Shown here in pieces: positions 32,316-59,821 of a stretch of DNA of 64,000 nucleotides. Numbering within the stretch: the first letter of the stretch is position 1; every line of letters starts with the position of its first letter. Under the pieces are notes generated by a model. That model ran no database searches. It was not told the DNA's origin and worked only from the letters and a program-made list of their open reading frames with translations. The translations under genes were made by a program, and so were the position numbers. Source of the DNA: Salpingoeca rosetta (Eukaryota; Protista; Choanoflagellata); assembly GCA_033442325.1 (NCBI GenBank), contig JAWQFM010000008.1, positions 1 through 64,000 of the forward strand. Direction: 5' to 3'.

Positions 32316-34587
32316 TTGTGCGAGCGTATGTGTGTGCTTGTTTGTGTGAGCGTGCGTGTGTGATTGTGCATGATTGTGCATGATTGTGCGTGCGTGTGTG
32401 TTTTGTGTCAAGCCTCGTCCCGTTCCTTGCTCATGGCCGCCATCGTAACCACACCCCTTGCCACCACCACCCTCGCACGGTGCAGGTATGCTTGAGACCA
32501 CGCGCATTCGCCGCGAAGGTTTCTCCTTCCGCCCGTCGTTTGCGGACTTTATGGAGCGATTTGGCATCCTTGCATACGGGCCCTCGGCGCAGGTCGCCCC
32601 CTCTGCAGAGACGTGCCGCACCGTGCTGTCCAAGTCCAACGTTGGCGGGTGGCTCGTGGGAAAGACGAAGGTGTTCCTCAAGTACTGGCAGGTGGAGCAG
32701 CTTGACAAGAGCATCAAGCTCTATCACGACAACGCAAAGACCCTGCAGAAGCTCGCCCGCGGGTTTTCCGTCCGCAAGTGAGTGGCGATGTGTGCTCTGT
32801 GAATTGTGTTTGTATGTGTGTGCGTGTGCGTGTGTGTGTTGTGTGTGTTGTGGTTGATCATTTGATCGTCATGGTGGAGCGCGTTGTGTTGTGTCACCCC
32901 TCTTCGCGAACGATACGACCCCCGCCTCTTTTCCTTCATCTCTTCTCACGATGGCCTCATTACCCTGCGTGCCTGCGTGCTTCCGTGCGAAGGTTCGTGC
33001 GGACGGTGCGTCAGAAGCGGATGGAGCAGCTGCAGCAGATCAAGGCCTTCAGCGCCGATCTCTCCCGCACCGCCGCCCGTGAGTCAACACATGCATACGC
33101 ACATGACAGAACTCGAGATTACAAACCTGACACACGGCTGTGTTAACGTGTGTACCGTGCGCACCCACACCCACATGCACCCAGCACACACCTGACACGT
33201 ATGCGCTCATACGAACTTACCTTGTCGTTTTCGCTGTTGTCATGGCGCAGACTACTCGAACCTGATTAGCAGCCACGCCGCTGAGGACATGCGCCGCTTT
33301 GCCGCCGGCATCAAGCCAAAGGTGTCACGCACGCACATGGGCGCATTCACACACTTACACCACGCGCACAGCTACAGTTTGTTGGCTGCTGCCTGTGCAC
33401 ATTGTCATGCCCGAGTCACTGTCAACCACGACTGACTGCTCACGTTATTAATTGCCCATCGTTGCCTCTCAATCCAGCCCGCCGCACCGCCAAAGCCGCG
33501 CAAGTCCGAGAAGGAACTCAAGCGCGAAGCGTACGTCCCCATATTTTTGTGTACTCTGTGTGGGTGTGTGTGCGTGTCTGTCTCTGTGTTTCTGTCTGTC
33601 TGTGCCTGTGTCTCTCTCTCTCTCTCTGCATCTTCGCCCATGTGATGGTTTAGCTGTTGGCAAGCATCACGCGTTGCTCACGATCATTTGTCGCTCGTGT
33701 GCCAACGCTTCAGGTCCATCACGTGGTGGCGCGAGAAGGAGCAGCCAAAGGGCGCCGGCCAGGACGCCAACGGTGCGTGCAAGCATTGCTCCCCTGCCGT
33801 CTACGTTGTAGCCTTGCTCTGTGTGCCTGCTTATCGCTTTGAATACACGTGCAAGTGCCTCACACCACCGCCACCACCACCACCACCACTTCACCTGCCA
33901 GGACAAATGCTGGATTGGTTCCACGGCATCATCTCTCGTCAGGAAGCGGAGCGTCTCCTCAAGCCCCGGTGCGCCCACGACCGCCTGCGCCTGCATCCTG
34001 TCTTCTTCACACCACCCTGTCGTATATGATCCACTCCTCCCTGCTCTCCCTGCTTGCTCGGCTGTCGATGGGCGTTATCAACGACTCACTTCACACCTGT
34101 CCCCTCGTGCCATACCCTCATGCCACGGCAGCTTCATTGGCACGTTCCTTGTGCGTGTGTCTGAGAACCGGTTCGGGTACACGCTGTCGTACCGCGTCGC
34201 GGACCGCTGCCGCCACTACATGATTGAGCAGGACACGCGCGGTCGGTACGCGCTTCGTGGCGCGGACAAGGTCTGCAACAGCCTCAACGAGCTGATTGAG
34301 TGGTTCACTCGCCACCGCATCAACCCGGAGGGCGACATGCTGCGCGAACCGTGCGGCCAAGAGGTGCGTTGCGCATTTACACTTGAGAGAGGGGGAGGGA
34401 GGTGGTGAATGAGTGCTGTCTTCTTCATTATATTGCGCTTGCGCACTCGTTCGCATCCATGTTCTTGCTTTTGTTTTTCCTCCCTCACTCACCCACTCAC
34501 TCACACCCTCACTCACCCACTCACTCACACCCTCACTCACCCACACACACACACTCACACCCGCCCACACACACACACACACACACA

Positions 34588-34647
<60 letters not shown>

Positions 34648-34956
34648 CGCCCACACACACTCACACACAACTGCACGCCTCGCGTGTTGCAGATTAACGT
34701 TGTGACTGGTGAAATGGAGTGCAACTACGGCGAGCTTGTTGGCGGCGGGTACAAGCCCATGGCACCAGCTGCCTCCCGCCCGCTGCCATCGCTGCCCTCG
34801 CGTGGAGGTGGCGATGATGCTCCACCGCCAGTCCCGCGCAAGGCCAAGCCCGCGCACCTCGGCGGCGGCGCCCCACCGCCCATCATGCGCGACCGGAAGC
34901 CGACGCTGGATTCTGGCCCGCCGCCCATCAGCCGCGCAACGAAGCCGCGGTTGTGA
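26588..34956 (+). CDS. Unconventional myosin with one IQ motif, an SH2 domain and a proline-rich tail (class XXVIII-like; motor related to classes III/XVI)
   Basis: DDLVSL..Y|[23 protein letters not shown]-loop [99 protein letters not shown]-like [14 protein letters not shown]2: [22 protein letters not shown] (33901-34363). Part of the motor near 30439-31219 is damaged or missing. Confidence 0.93.
30508..31120. other. Compositionally alien, random-looking block interrupting the myosin motor region
   Basis: Even base usage, no microsatellites, no recognisable ORF. Begins where a degraded myosin exon breaks off and ends at a (CA)n tract. Confidence 0.75.
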
Positions 34957-35335
34957 TCTGGTGGTTGCCCTGCCCGTCGGCAGCAGGCAGTACAACTGCA
35001 TGCGCTTCTCACGCATGCATACGCGTGTGTCTTGTTGTTCGTGCTGGCCTTTTTGTCTTCCCGTGGCTGGGAAACCTGTTTCTCCCAGTTTCCCCTGATG
35101 CCACACAGTGTGGTCGTGTTGCATGTTGACTTGTTTCCTGGCTTCGCTTGCCTCTGTTGTTTCCACCCCTAACAATTTCCTCCGTTGACAAATATACACA
35201 CGAAGCAAGCTCCGACAATGCCCATTACGCGCATCAAAAAAGTCTTGCAGTTATCATGGTTTGTCTTGGGTCGATGTGACTCGTGTTTGCGTGTCGCAGT
35301 TAACATACACGCACACACGCACACACACACACACA

Positions 35336-35412
<77 letters not shown>

Positions 35413-35449
35413 ACACACACACACACACACATGGTGGTCAGGCGTGGTG

Positions 35450-35920
35450 TCATGCTGCTGTAGCGGGCGCATCAATCCACACCGGGGTGGACCACGGCAC
35501 TCGGTCCAACTCCGCTGATGGAGCGAAAGTGTAACGGAACACGGGCGAATGAGACATTGGTGAGAAACCATCAAGTGATTGACATGATTTGATGTAACGA
35601 CACCCATCAACAACAGCAGCAACAAACACACACACACACACACACACACACGTACACACACACACGCACACACAATATCGCGCAACGCTTGACTGACGTT
35701 GTTTGTAGTTTGCGCGATCAAGGACAACGGCGTCACCATCATCCGAGCACTCTAGCCCAAATGCGGCAAGAAAAGTTCTGAGCTGTGCACGCGCAGCGGA
35801 GGTGGTGGGTGGATCATCAGCGTCATTGCTGTCATCACCTGCTGCTGGGGCGGATGCGGGCACTGCAGATGCAAACGATGGCGTGTGTGCCGAGACACGC
35901 GGTTGGTTTGTTGCAGAACG

Positions 35921-35973
<53 letters not shown>

Positions 35974-36382
35974 GGACGTGAGTGATTGTGAAGACGGACA
36001 TGATGGAGCAGGCAGTGGAGAAGGCGAGGCATCATGCAACGCGAATGAAAACGCACATGCGAACAGCAACAGGCGTGCCATGGCGTCGAGAGAGATGCGT
36101 GAGGGTGACTTGGTGAGTGTAAATGCCTTCATCACGACAGCAAGGATGGTGGCCCGGATCTGGCGTGTGATGACACGTTGAAATGGGCACAAGTCAACAA
36201 TGCAGACACTGGATGAGCGAACTCGCGTGGACTTGTGTTGGCGTTCACACACGCACATGTGCGCAAAAGAGGCACGCACATGCACATGCACATACATGCA
36301 CAGGTACATACTCACTCACTCGCGCACCTGTACACACACACACATGCACATGTACATGCACACACCCGCTAACTCACAAGTT

Positions 36383-36424
<42 letters not shown>

Positions 36425-37561
36425 TGTACACACACGCACACACACACACGCACACACACACACGCACACACACACACACACATGCGCACATACGTGGCCA
36501 ATGTGTCGGCAGAGACAGCACCGGGCAATAGGCGACGCTGCAGCCAACAAGCGCGCGGCTCGGGCATAGTTGACCAGTACTGGTACCCTGCAGAAGGACA
36601 GTCGTGGCGTCAACAACACATGTGTCAGCCCGGTTTCGTGTCTCGCAAATGTCAACCCCCCCCCCCCCTTCCCGCTCACGCATCGGCATGTTATGGGAAG
36701 CCGTGGTGCAAACGCGAGGGTGCTTAGGTTGGATGCAGCAAAAGCAGTGACACGTACGGTCTTGGTCGTGCTGCTATTGCATCCCTGAGGGACAAGGCGA
36801 TGGCGAGTTTTCCAGGGTGTGATTGGGCTTGTGCCATGGTCATCTGCGTGTGCGGTGCGCGTGAAGCATGAGCATGTAGTTTGCGGAGCGGATTCACGCA
36901 TGCATAACCATGTCGCGACACACTTAAAACACAGACGCACACACACATACACACACACATACACATACACACATACACACACACACCGAATCGGTTGGAC
37001 GGTAGAGAAGGTATTCGTGAAATGGGGCTGTGATCGAGGCTTCCTGTGCCTGCAGCTCACGTTGTGCCTCGATACATGCTGCACTGTCACGGGGACAGCG
37101 GTAGTGTGTGCCTGCTGTGCTTCGCTGCGCCATGTCGTGCGCCCGGCGTTCGTCCAATTGCAGCCAAAGAGACATTGTGTCCAAATATCCGCGATCCACG
37201 AGCCCCATGGAGAAGTCTTTCACGCGCCGCAGGTGCACCCACGCCGTCACATAGAACGTCATCATGTCGCGCAGCACCGATAGCACCGCTAGACTGTATC
37301 CTGCCGACTGGCACCTGACATCCTTGCGAATGGCCCGAAGCCGGTCATCCACAAACTCAAACCACTGCACAAGCTGCCAAACACGTGCGTGAGTGTATGT
37401 GTATGTGAAAAGGAGAGAGAGAGTGTGTGTGTGTATGCGTGAGAAAAGGAGAGAGAAAGTGTGTGTGTGTGTGCGCGTGCTTGTGTGTGCGTGTATGTGT
37501 GTGTGGCAAGTACCTGCGTGTATGTGCGCGTATGTGTGTGCGTGTGGAGCATTCCCTTTCC

Positions 37562-37606
<45 letters not shown>

Positions 37607-38277
37607 AAGCATGTACATAAACTGCAAAGGTCACGTACCCTGGAGTCTGGTGCACTGCGAGCGTTCTGGAGCTGAGGCGAGATGGCGTGGCGTTGAAGGT
37701 GGAGCATTGTTTGCCACAAGACGAGAGGCGGTCGAACGGAGGTCGGGGCGTTTGCGTCAAGTGCACTGGCGCCAACCGAGTCACGTAAGTACCGCTTCAC
37801 AAACAGGGCTGTGTCTGCACGGCCATCGCGGCCCTTCTCAAACGCATCCACGTCCGGGATCTCCATGCGCATGGCCACCTCTGTCTCGGCGCACATGCGT
37901 TGACACCGCGCCTTGACGTGGCAGCACAACATGCACCACCGCTCGCCATCGCCGTTCGCGGCAAGGGAATGTTCCTCCTGTGCAGCGCTGGTTGGCACAG
38001 CTTCCACGACATCATAGCTTGCTGTGTCCTGTGTCTCCTCGCCCTTTCGCCACGACCCTTGCTGTTGCATGTATCGGTTTGCAATGCGACGTCGCTGCTG
38101 CGGCTGTTGCTGTGGCTGTTTCGGTGCATGCTGTTGCGGCATGTGTTGTTGTGGACTCCCTTGGCTGCTCCCACGACCCCTTCTCCTTCCCCTTTGTCCT
38201 CTGCGCCTTCCTCCTCGCCCATTACTGCCACGACCGCTGCAGCTACCGCTGCCTCGGCCACTGTTGCTGTCCTCCAT
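35450..38277 (-). CDS. SAC3/GANP (PCI-fold) domain protein, SAC3D1-like, multi-exon
   Basis: RG-rich N-terminus, then [39 protein letters not shown] and [15 protein letters not shown], the SAC3/GANP signature. Later exons give [25 protein letters not shown]. The 3' end is approximate. Confidence 0.8.
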
Positions 38278-38475
38278 GATGCCAGTGTCTTCTTCCTTCC
38301 TCTCTCTCTCTCTCTTTGTCCGCCTCTGTCTGCAAAACATGCATGCACGAATTCACACAACAGCCAACAACAAAGAAGAGCGTTGCCACAAAACACCTCC
38401 ACGCCCAACAAACACAACACAACACACGCCATTGTGTTGTTCCTTGCTTGCTTGCTTGCTGCGTCGAGGAAGACC
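38278..38475. promoter_or_regulatory. Putative bidirectional promoter (SAC3D1-like / CCDC162-like)
   Basis: Head-to-head ATGs 198 bp apart; GTTGCCA at 38382. Confidence 0.55.
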
Positions 38476-51900
<13,425 letters not shown>

Positions 51901-52265
51901 TTGTGGACACGCGTGCACGTGTGTGACCCGTGTTTGTTTTACCCTGCAGAACCGTGACACATTGTATTGTATTTGCATCAGTCCAACGACACAAAGCTGT
52001 GACATCATGTGACATCGTGTGAGGTGACTGTGACATGAATACAGGCCAAACACAACAACAACAACAACATCAACACCACCACCATCATCAACAACAGCAA
52101 CACCACCACCAACAACAACAACACCACCACCATCGTCAACAAAACAACAACAACACACAAAACAAAACAAAGGGAACAAAAACGCACAGTCATTGCAGGC
52201 GTGTTGCGGACAGAACAAGAAGTGTGTCAGTTTGACTCACGCGCACGCACCCCACACGCACGGAT

Positions 52266-53862
52266 ATGACGGATGCACACCACCCGACAATGCTCAGGCC
52301 AAAGACAAGCGCCCGACAGCTCGTCATCCTGCGTGGGCTGCCTGGCTCGGGCAAGTCCACACTCGTGCGGTCCATCGTCCAGCGCCACGCGCAAGAGCGC
52401 AGGCGCCTCAGCCACCAAACCCAACAAGAACCAGAGCAACTGCAGCAACTGCAGCAACTGCAGGACAGGTCAGCCCACACGGACGCACAAGATGAAGGCA
52501 CTGCTGCTGCGCCGGCAATGGCGACGCCAGAAGTAGCAGCGCCCGTCGTTGTATCCGCTGACCACTTCTTTGAAGACGAGAATGGGGGCTACGAGTACAA
52601 CGCTGACAACGTGAAGCATGCGCACGAGGCTGCACGTACCCGTGCGCTGGACGCCATGCAGCGCCGTGTGCCACTCGTTGTTGTCGACAACACCAACGTG
52701 CAGTTCTGGGAGCTCCAGCCCTACGTTGAGATGGTGAAGTCGTTGTCGTGCACCGTCGTGTATCGTGTGGTATTCCTTTACATTGTGCCGCAGTGTTCCG
52801 TCGTGTGTTGTGTGGTGGCTCACGGCTGTGCACGGTCATGCATGACCGTGTACTTTGTATCTCAAAGTGCTGTGACACCGTGCCGTTCGCAACATGCATG
52901 GTCCTCCCAGTGCTTCACACGTGGGTGTTTGCATCATGCGCAACAGGCAATTCGAAACGGATACAACGTGGACGTGCAAGAGCCGCAGACGGAGTGGCGA
53001 GATGATATCCAAGCATGCACGGAGCGAAACAAGCACAAAGTGCCCGAGCACGTGGTACATCTGTCTGCCTGTCTGTCTGTCTGTCTGTCTATCTGTCTGT
53101 CTGTCTGTCTGCCTGCCTGTCTGTCTGTCTGTCTGTATGCCTGCCTGTCTGTTTGCCTGTGTATGTAGGACGCTGTGTGTATGCACCTGTTCATGTTCAT
53201 GCAACTCTCGCCACCCTTTGTGCGCTCTACTGTGCGTGCGCGCATCCTTTGATACATGCGACCATTGTCGCCCGACGAACTCACGTCTCTTGTTCTCCTC
53301 CATGTGCCTTTTGCGCCTCAACGCCCATCTCTGTGTGGTATCTTGCTCCACGCGCTCGTGTTCACCATTGGACGGGTGCCAGATCCGGCGTATGCGCGAC
53401 AAGTACGAGCCCATCGAGACCGTGCGGCGCAAGGTCGCCACGCTGCTCAACAACAGGAAAGCGCTGGTCACCGGTGCTGTTCGTTCGCGACACGCGAGCA
53501 CGGGCAGTGATGGGCGCGAGTCGCGCGATCGCACCCAGCCGACGTCATCTTCTACCGGATCATCACCTTCCACATCATCAACACAGCAGCAACGACAACA
53601 ACGACAGCAACGGCAGCAGCAGCAGTCACAGCATCTGAACGGCAACGGGCACGCCCATGACGCAGCCAGCTGCAACAGTGCCCGCGAAGGTGTGAGAAGC
53701 AGCGACGAAAGCGCACACGCGCATCTGGAGCAGCTGCGTGCACAGCGGCGGGCGAGCAGACAGCACAGTGCACATGGGGAGAGCCGCAGCCCTTCTGCTG
53801 CTGCCGTGGAGCGCCAGCCGTACCGGCCAACTCGGACGTCCCCAGACAGGCACCAACTCCCC

Positions 53863-53893
<31 letters not shown>

Positions 53894-54093
53894 GTCACAG
53901 CATGAGCCCTGGCGACGACATCAAGGCAACAGCAGAGAGGAGGAAGAGAAGCCAGTCGCTTCCTCCCACCACCGCTGCGGCGACCACGATCCATGATGAT
54001 GATGATGATGATAATGACGATGATGATGGTGATGACGATGACGACGTCGGTGAGTGCATGTGGCTTGTGTGTGTGCGTGTGTGTGTGTCTATG

Positions 54094-54192
<99 letters not shown>

Positions 54193-54608
54193 GCGCGCGC
54201 GAACCCATAACAACTCCCGCAGCGATAATTTGTTTGCTTTCTTGCACATCATTTATTACCTTCCATCCTCTTCCCGATGACAACAAGCAGACGCCCCAGC
54301 GCAGTGGACGCAGCTTCCGCAAGCGATGGCCGTGGTGCAGGCACAGATACACCAGTTGCAGCAACAGCACAAACGGGAGCTCAGAGAGCACCACGAAAAG
54401 GGTCAGTTGTGTGTATGCGTGCGTGTAGTTGGAACGCAACTCTTGTGGTTGTATTTCAATGTATCAACTTTCAATCACGCGCTCATGTTTTGACACGTGC
54501 GGCATATCTCGCCAGGTGTGAAGATCCTGAAGCGCCAACAGGCAGAAATGGATGACCTTCGAAAGCGGCTCAAGCCTGCACTGGTGGCAGGGCTCAGACG
54601 CGAGAAGC

Positions 54609-54661
<53 letters not shown>

Positions 54662-55919
54662 CGGCAGCAGCAAGATCGTGGCGTCAGTACCCAGGCCACT
54701 GCCAGTCATCGCGGCACTCAGGCTGCTGCAGCAACGGTGGCAGCACGGGTCAACGGCGGTTCAAGGGCGCTTGTTGGCGCTGTTGGTGTCGAGGAACGGG
54801 AGCTCGAGCATCCCCAGCGCAGCGTTGCCGGCACTGCACACGACGAAGACCAAGAAGTGGAGGCGAGCACAGCGTCACATTACCCGCACGTAATCCGGCC
54901 CACCGCGCCCGCAGATGATGTCGTTCACGACGACAACGACAACGATGACAATGGTGACGACGACGATCATGACGACGCTGATCAACCACGTCAAGCGCAT
55001 CAGCATGGTGATCGGGGTGAAGCGAGCCAAGATGCACATGGTGTGCACATGGGTGGGGAAGGAATGGACATGTCGGCGGCTTCCATGAAGCAGCAGCTGA
55101 TTGCAATGGGGTTCGAGGACAACCACGACCTTGATCGGGCCATCCAGTGTGTACGTTGATCGGCAGTGAGGTGGATGTGACGCATGCGCAACGCATCCAT
55201 CCATCACGTTACATGCACGCATATGTGTATGGTACATACGATCCTTTGACTCGTTGAGTGACATTTGTTTTGTGTCCATTCGACTCACAACTTACTGTTC
55301 TCACATGCACATGTGCACGCCCTTCCCCATACCCTTCCCTCTTTGCACCCCCTCATCACACCAGAGCAAAGGGTCTGTGCTTGAAGCGCTGGATTTTCTC
55401 GAAACATTCAAGGCGGTGGCGGCTGCAGATGGCCCTGGCACGGGAGACACGCCCGCCCCCACATCCACCACACCTGTCCACCGTGCCGCTACACCTTCCA
55501 TGTCCGTGGATGATGATGACGATGATAATGATGATGACGATGATGATGATGATGATGACGATGATGATGATGATGATGATGATGATGGCCGCGAGAACTT
55601 GAATGATGACCGTGTCAGCCGTGGTGGGAATGGTGGTGGATATGGTGGAGACGGTATTGGCACGGGCGGTGCTGGCTCGGGGCACGGATGGAGGCAAATG
55701 GAGGCAAGTCCACTAATGGACACGAGTGCTGATGATGGTGATGATGATGCCCGTTTCAACGACCACAGTGCACATGGCAACCCTGCAGCAACCTCTGGTG
55801 CGCCTGGTGATGACGAGGATTTTGCATTGCAGCAAGCGCTGCTGCAGTCAGCCCTGGATGACTCGCACGCCTCCCCACACAACGATCGCGATGACGACGA
55901 CGACGACGACGACGACAAC

Positions 55920-55958
<39 letters not shown>

Positions 55959-56434
55959 CGCGGTGGCCGTGTGTATGATGATGACGACGACGATGATGAC
56001 GACTATGATGATGGCGGTGTTGGTGGTGACTTTGGACAGCGCCATACTGAATATCCAGGGCAACAGATCGACGGGACAGAGCGCTATCAAACGCTCCAAT
56101 TTCTGCGAGACGCATATCCGCACGTGCCTGTTGCGCGCCTCCATCGCCTCATCAACACCGGGAAATGTAAGCATGGCCATCACGTGAAAGTAGCAATACT
56201 ATGCCTGTGGCAGCAGGTACATGCATGCGGCTTTGGTTACTTTGGTCTGCTGCACTGTGGCTGTGACTTATCTCATCAGTTTGCATGGCCATGCCTTGCT
56301 TGCAGCGGCTGCGGAGATCAGCGATGCATTGAGAGGAGAAGAGCCCCCAACACCGGTGAGCACCTTCCTGTCAACCCCACACACTTGAGTTCTGGGGCCT
56401 CCATATGGTGCATATGGTGAATGGAGTAGTGTTG

Positions 56435-56472
<38 letters not shown>

Positions 56473-58341
56473 ACACACACACACGCGCGCGCGCACACAC
56501 ACACACACACACATATACCTGCGTTGTGAAAATGAACCTGGTTCTCGCTCATTGACCCTCTCCATCTTTGTTTCAATGCTGACTATGTGTCCCCCCCCCC
56601 CACCACCCTCCTCCCGTGATGTCCAGCGTGCTGCGTCGCCAGTCCGTGAGGGCCCGCCGTTCACGCCGGCGGTGCTGAAGAGCTGGCTGGAGGAGTGGCA
56701 GGAGCAGTTCCCCTGGCTGCGACTGGTGGAGCTGAAGCGGCTGGCAGCGGGGCAGGAGTCGAAGGATGCGGTGTATGCGCATGTGGTGAGCAGGAACTAC
56801 GAGCAGCAGCAGATGGCACCCGGAGCTGCGAACGCCCGGCACCAGCGGCAGGAAAAGTACCTAGCCGGGTTCAACAAGGCAATGAAGACAAAGGCAATCA
56901 AGGATGCGCTCCAGAAGTACAGGTTTGTGACCGAGCCTGAGGCGAAGCTGGCGTTCAGGAAAGCAACCACGCTGGCCGAGTTTGATACGCGGCTCAAGGG
57001 GAAGAACAACAGGAAGCGAGAGGAGCAGCTTGGTTCAGGCACACCATCATCACGTTACACGTCGTCGTCGTCGTCATCAACCGCATTTACTTCGGCGCAG
57101 CGTGGCAGCGAGTACAACCCGCTCAACTACGAAGCGCTGCACACACGGGCGTGGGCACCCACGGCATCGACGGCGACGGGAACAACGGTGCCGCGACTGG
57201 ACGAGGTGGCACAGCAGCAGCAGGCAGCACAGCTCTTTTTTGAGGACAATGGGTACGTGTGTCTTTGTGTGTGTGTGCGTGTGTCTTTGTGTGTGTGTGT
57301 GTGCGTGTGTACGTGCGTGTGCGTGTGTGTGCGTGTGTGAGTGTGCATGAATGGATCAAAGTTGTCTGTGTCCATCCTGACGTTCGCTGCCATTGGTTCA
57401 TCTACCCCGTGTACCCGACTGTATTTGTCTGCCACTGCACTACACACGTCTCTGACATCCCTATCCCGTGCATCATTGCGCTTGTGACTTGGGCAGAAAT
57501 TCCGAGCTGTCGCTGAAGCTGCAGCGGTTGGCCCGAAAGTTTCCCGGTGAGCTGTAGCCTGTGTTGTTTTGTTCGGACCAGATATCATCTCCCCAGCCAA
57601 TGTTACCATTCATGACGCGCTTGGGCACACACACAAGCACTTGCATCCAACTTCCACACACTTGAACACACGCACACACACACGCACACGCGCGCGCGCA
57701 CTTGGACTCACACACGTGCGCAACCAAACACACCCAAACACACCCCAACACGCACACACGCACACACGCGCACACGCACACACGCACACACGCACACACG
57801 CACACACGCACACACGCACAGGTGCCACGGAGGAAGAGCTGTTTGATGCCCTCAACCTGCACCACAACAACGAGCATGCAGCCGCTAGCTATCTCCGCCG
57901 GTCAGCCCTTCTCGCGCCGCTGCCTGCAAGCAATGGCGCACCAGGGTCATCGGCAGCGAACTTGGCCTCTTCGTGGCAGCGACCCGATCCCATGAGCGCG
58001 GCGTCGCGCGTGGAGACTGCGGTGCATACGCGATCATCGACCTCCCCGGGCATGCGGCGGACAGCCAGCGCACGCAATCGCACCAACAGGAACAAGCTCG
58101 CAGGCTCGGGCATGCAGCGTTCGTCATCGACGCGGTCCAAGTCCAAGTACAGCTACAACGGCGGCAGCGGGCGGTCTGGCCACATGTCGTCTCCGCCACA
58201 TTACCACGATGATGCGCACAGCACCTCCCCCGACTCTCTCCACTCCCACTCGGCAAGGTTGCACTCAAAGAGCGCACAGCTGCAGCAGAAGGCGAACAAC
58301 TATGACCCGGTTCGTATCTCTGTGTGTGTGTGTGTGTGTGT

Positions 58342-58389
<48 letters not shown>

Positions 58390-59360
58390 GTGTCTGTGTG
58401 TATGTGTACGTTGTGGTTATGCGTGCGTGCGAGTTGTTAATTGCTCATCTAAACACCTTCCTTTGAGTCTATGCGCCCTTCCTCGCCTGTCTCGCTTCGT
58501 TCCCTCCATCTCGATGCCCACTCCCTACAATCATCCTCCCTCACTCTGCACCCCTTAACACCCTTGTTACTTGTGAGCAGAAGAAGTACCCTGGTGTGCG
58601 CAGCCATTACAGTGGGCAGGCGGCCACGTATCGCCACCGTGCGCGAGAGGCAGATGCAGTTGCAGCCCATTCACTCATGATGCACAACAGCAAAGGCCTT
58701 CGCCGTAACACATACGACCTTCACGGCTTGTCTGTGACGGCCGCTATCCGAGAAGTCAGAGAGCTCATCGATGACGCTAACGGTGAGTCGACATGAGATT
58801 GTGTGGTTTGTGTGTGTGTGTTTTGTGTGTGTGTGTGTGTGTGTGCGTGCGTCTGAGTGTGTCTGTGTGTCTGAGTGTGTGTGTGTGTCTGCACTTCTGC
58901 GTCTGTACTTCTGCGTCTGTGTTTCTGTGTCTCTGATTCACTGTGTGTTGTATCTCGTACACTGAACGTTGGCGTTTCCCTCACTCGTTCGCCTCTGCTC
59001 TGCGTTTCAGCACGCCGCCGCAGCGGCTTGACTGCTCCCCGCTCCTTCTATTTCGTAACGGGATCGGGACAGCACAGCGCTGACGGACGGGTGCGTGCAA
59101 ACAGCAATACCAACTGGAATATTGCGCTGTGCGTGACATGTCCCCCGTACATGCTCGCGCAACTTCTGCTTTGACCAGCTCTGTGTGGACTGTGTTTGAC
59201 ATGTGTGTGTGCGTGTGTGTGTGTGCGTGTGTGTGTGCTCGCACGCTGCTTGCAGTCGAGGATCAAGGCCGCGCTCAAGAATTTCTGCACTGGATCCGGC
59301 CTCCGATACGAGGACGTGGACGGCGCAACCATTAAGATCATCGCACGCCCCCACCGCTGA
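52266..59360 (+). CDS. N4BP2: NEDD4-binding protein 2 / NONU-1-like protein: P-loop polynucleotide kinase, UBA, UIM-like, CUE-like and Smr nuclease domains
   Basis: LVILRGLPGSGKSTL, VSADHFF, VVVDNTNVQFWELQPYV, EPQTEW..ERNKHKVP..IRRMRDKYE. UBA: QLIAMGF..RAI..GSVLEALDFL. DEDFALQQALLQSA. QFLRDAYPHV. Smr: YDLHGLSV..FVTGSGQHS..RIKAAL. Stop TGA at 59358-59360. Confidence 0.88.
54608..54660 (+). repeat. Coding (CAA)n polyglutamine tract
   Basis: In frame within an N4BP2-like exon. Confidence 0.85.
55510..56012 (+). repeat. Coding (GAT/GAC)n poly-aspartate tracts
   Basis: Three long acidic runs in the N4BP2-like exon, flanking the UIM-like motif. Confidence 0.85.
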
Positions 59361-59368
59361 GAATGCAC

Positions 59369-59427
<59 letters not shown>

Positions 59428-59738
59428 TGTGTGTGTGTGTGTGTAGTGTGTGTGTGTGTGTGTGTGTAAGTGTGTGTGTGTGTGTGTGTGGTTGGTTCAT
59501 CCGTTGGTCGGTTCATTCCCTCGTTTCTGCTTACCCTCACTCATCCGTTCATTCGTTCATTCGCCGGTGGCTTCCTTTCTTTCTTCCTTCCTTTATGTGC
59601 CTGGACGTGTTAGTTGTTGCGTACAAGTCATGCGCGGCGCTCGCATAAACAAGCCTTGTAGTCGAATCACATGGCAACAACCAAACCCCTCCATGTGTTG
59701 GGTTCCTGCATGTGTCGTTTACACGAATACGTAATGGG

Positions 59739-59775
<37 letters not shown>

Positions 59776-59821
59776 GAATCCGGCCTCCCACAGGTGTATA
59801 TCAATAGCAGCATTGCATCAT

